A stretch of DNA of 64,000 nt from an uncultured Nitrospinota bacterium (lineage in GTDB: Bacteria > Tectomicrobia > Entotheonellia > J063 > CAVPRW01), in assembly GCA_963707985.1 (NCBI GenBank), contig CAVPRW010000015.1, positions 64,001-128,000 on the forward strand. Reading direction: 5' to 3'. Shown here piece after piece: positions 63,085-64,000 of this stretch; the stretch's first letter is position 1, and every line of letters begins with the position of its first letter. The position numbers and the translations under genes are program-made. The notes under the pieces are model-generated. The model had not been told where the DNA came from. It was given only the letters and a program-made list of their open reading frames with translations, and did no database searches.

Positions 63085-63143
63085 CTGTGCCTATGTGTTG
63101 TACCTGTGGGGACTCACCCACGTCTGGTGTGGAGGGACCAAGG

Positions 63144-64000
63144 ATGTGTGGAATTATCGGCTATATCGGCGGGGACAATGCGGTTCCGATTCTCATCGAG
63201 GGGCTGAAACGTTTGGAATATCGCGGCTATGATTCGGCGGGAATCGCCGTCATCCACGAGGCGCAATTAGCGATCCGTAAAGCCGTGGGCAAACTGAAGA
63301 ACCTGGAGGAGGTCGTGGGGAATGATCCGCCCACAGGCACGATCGGAATCGGCCATACGCGCTGGGCGACCCATGGTCGCGTCACCGAACTCAACGCACA
63401 TCCGCATGAAACCGCCGGATTTGTCCTCGTGCATAATGGCATCATCGAAAATTATCTCGCCCTGAAGGAGAAACTCAGCGCCGAGGGGCATGAGTTCCGC
63501 ACCGAGACCGACACCGAGGTGATCGTGCATCTGATCGCCAAGTACTTCACCGGCAATCTCACGGCCGCCGTGCATATGGCCCTACAGGAGGTGGTGGGGG
63601 CTTATGCCATCGCTGTTTTGAGTACGGACGACCCCAATACCGTCGTCGGGGCGCGCTCCGGTTGCCCACTTGTGGTAGGTCTCGGCCAGGGGGCTTATTT
63701 CCTCGCCTCGGATGTACCTGCGGTGCTGAATCACACGCGGGAGGTCATCTTCCTGGACGATGGCGAGGTGGCCACTTTGACGCGTGAAGGGGTGCGCGTC
63801 AGCAGTCTCGACGGCCAAATGGTGGCGAAGGACATTCGACATGTGACGTGGGATCCTATCATGGCCGAGAAAGGGGGCTATAAGCATTTCATGCTGAAGG
63901 AGATCTTCGAACAGCCGCGGGCTGTGCTCGACACCTTCCGCGGCCGAGTGCTTCCCGAGACGGGTGATGCCACGCTCGATCTCGGCAAGGCAGCACCCGC
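63144..64000 (+). CDS. glmS: Glutamine--fructose-6-phosphate transaminase (3'-partial)
   Basis: MCGIIGY...GLKRLEYRGYDSAG, GHTRWATHG, VHNGIIENY and ETDTEV; runs off the end of the window. Confidence 0.96.
   Translation, partial: MCGIIGYIGGDNAVPILIEGLKRLEYRGYDSAGIAVIHEAQLAIRKAVGKLKNLEEVVGNDPPTGTIGIGHTRWATHGRVTELNAHPHETAGFVLVHNGIIENYLALKEKLSAEGHEFRTETDTEVIVHLIAKYFTGNLTAAVHMALQEVVGAYAIAVLSTDDPNTVVGARSGCPLVVGLGQGAYFLASDVPAVLNHTREVIFLDDGEVATLTREGVRVSSLDGQMVAKDIRHVTWDPIMAEKGGYKHFMLKEIFEQPRAVLDTFRGRVLPETGDATLDLGKAAP

Noticed and set aside
63085..63143. glmS ribozyme
   Set aside because: The 59-nt gap is too short and lacks the recognisable core.
1..64000. CRISPR arrays, tRNA (including tRNA-Sec), rRNA, transposases, integrases or prophage genes
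   Set aside because: No spaced direct repeats, cloverleaf signatures or mobile-element motifs were found by eye; tRNAscan-SE and Infernal would be needed to exclude them formally.

Overview
A GC-rich (roughly 60% by eye) bacterial chromosomal segment. Core metabolic genes (comM, tatB/C, purA, hisZ, serA, fabH, cysM, selD, thiI, glcDEF, gpsA, speA, hflKC, ntrBC, glmUS) flank an accessory block (~22-33 kb) and a partly decayed metal-homeostasis island (~33.5-46.8 kb). The main hidden signal is selenocysteine recoding. Three genes that the ORF track cuts short carry an in-frame TGA exactly at a catalytic-Cys position, each followed 13-19 nt later by a short stem-loop whose loop starts with G (SECIS-like). 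They are SelD (GG-U-AAK), an exported rhodanese (Y-U-ACPH) and a membrane-anchored thioredoxin (U-PNC). Other highlights: a RAPP-ending leader ORF (CruR/DUF2946-like stalling peptide) heading a cytochrome-c/P19-copC-copD-cusF copper operon; a compact locus of a ribbon-helix-helix gene, a pseudoknot-capable RNA element and a 21-aa Lys-rich microprotein; and an orphan promoter with a structured sRNA candidate. About nine genes carry indel frameshifts, several in homopolymers, consistent with long-read assembly error. No tRNA, rRNA, CRISPR array or transposase was recognised. All calls come from reading motifs by eye; no database search was run.
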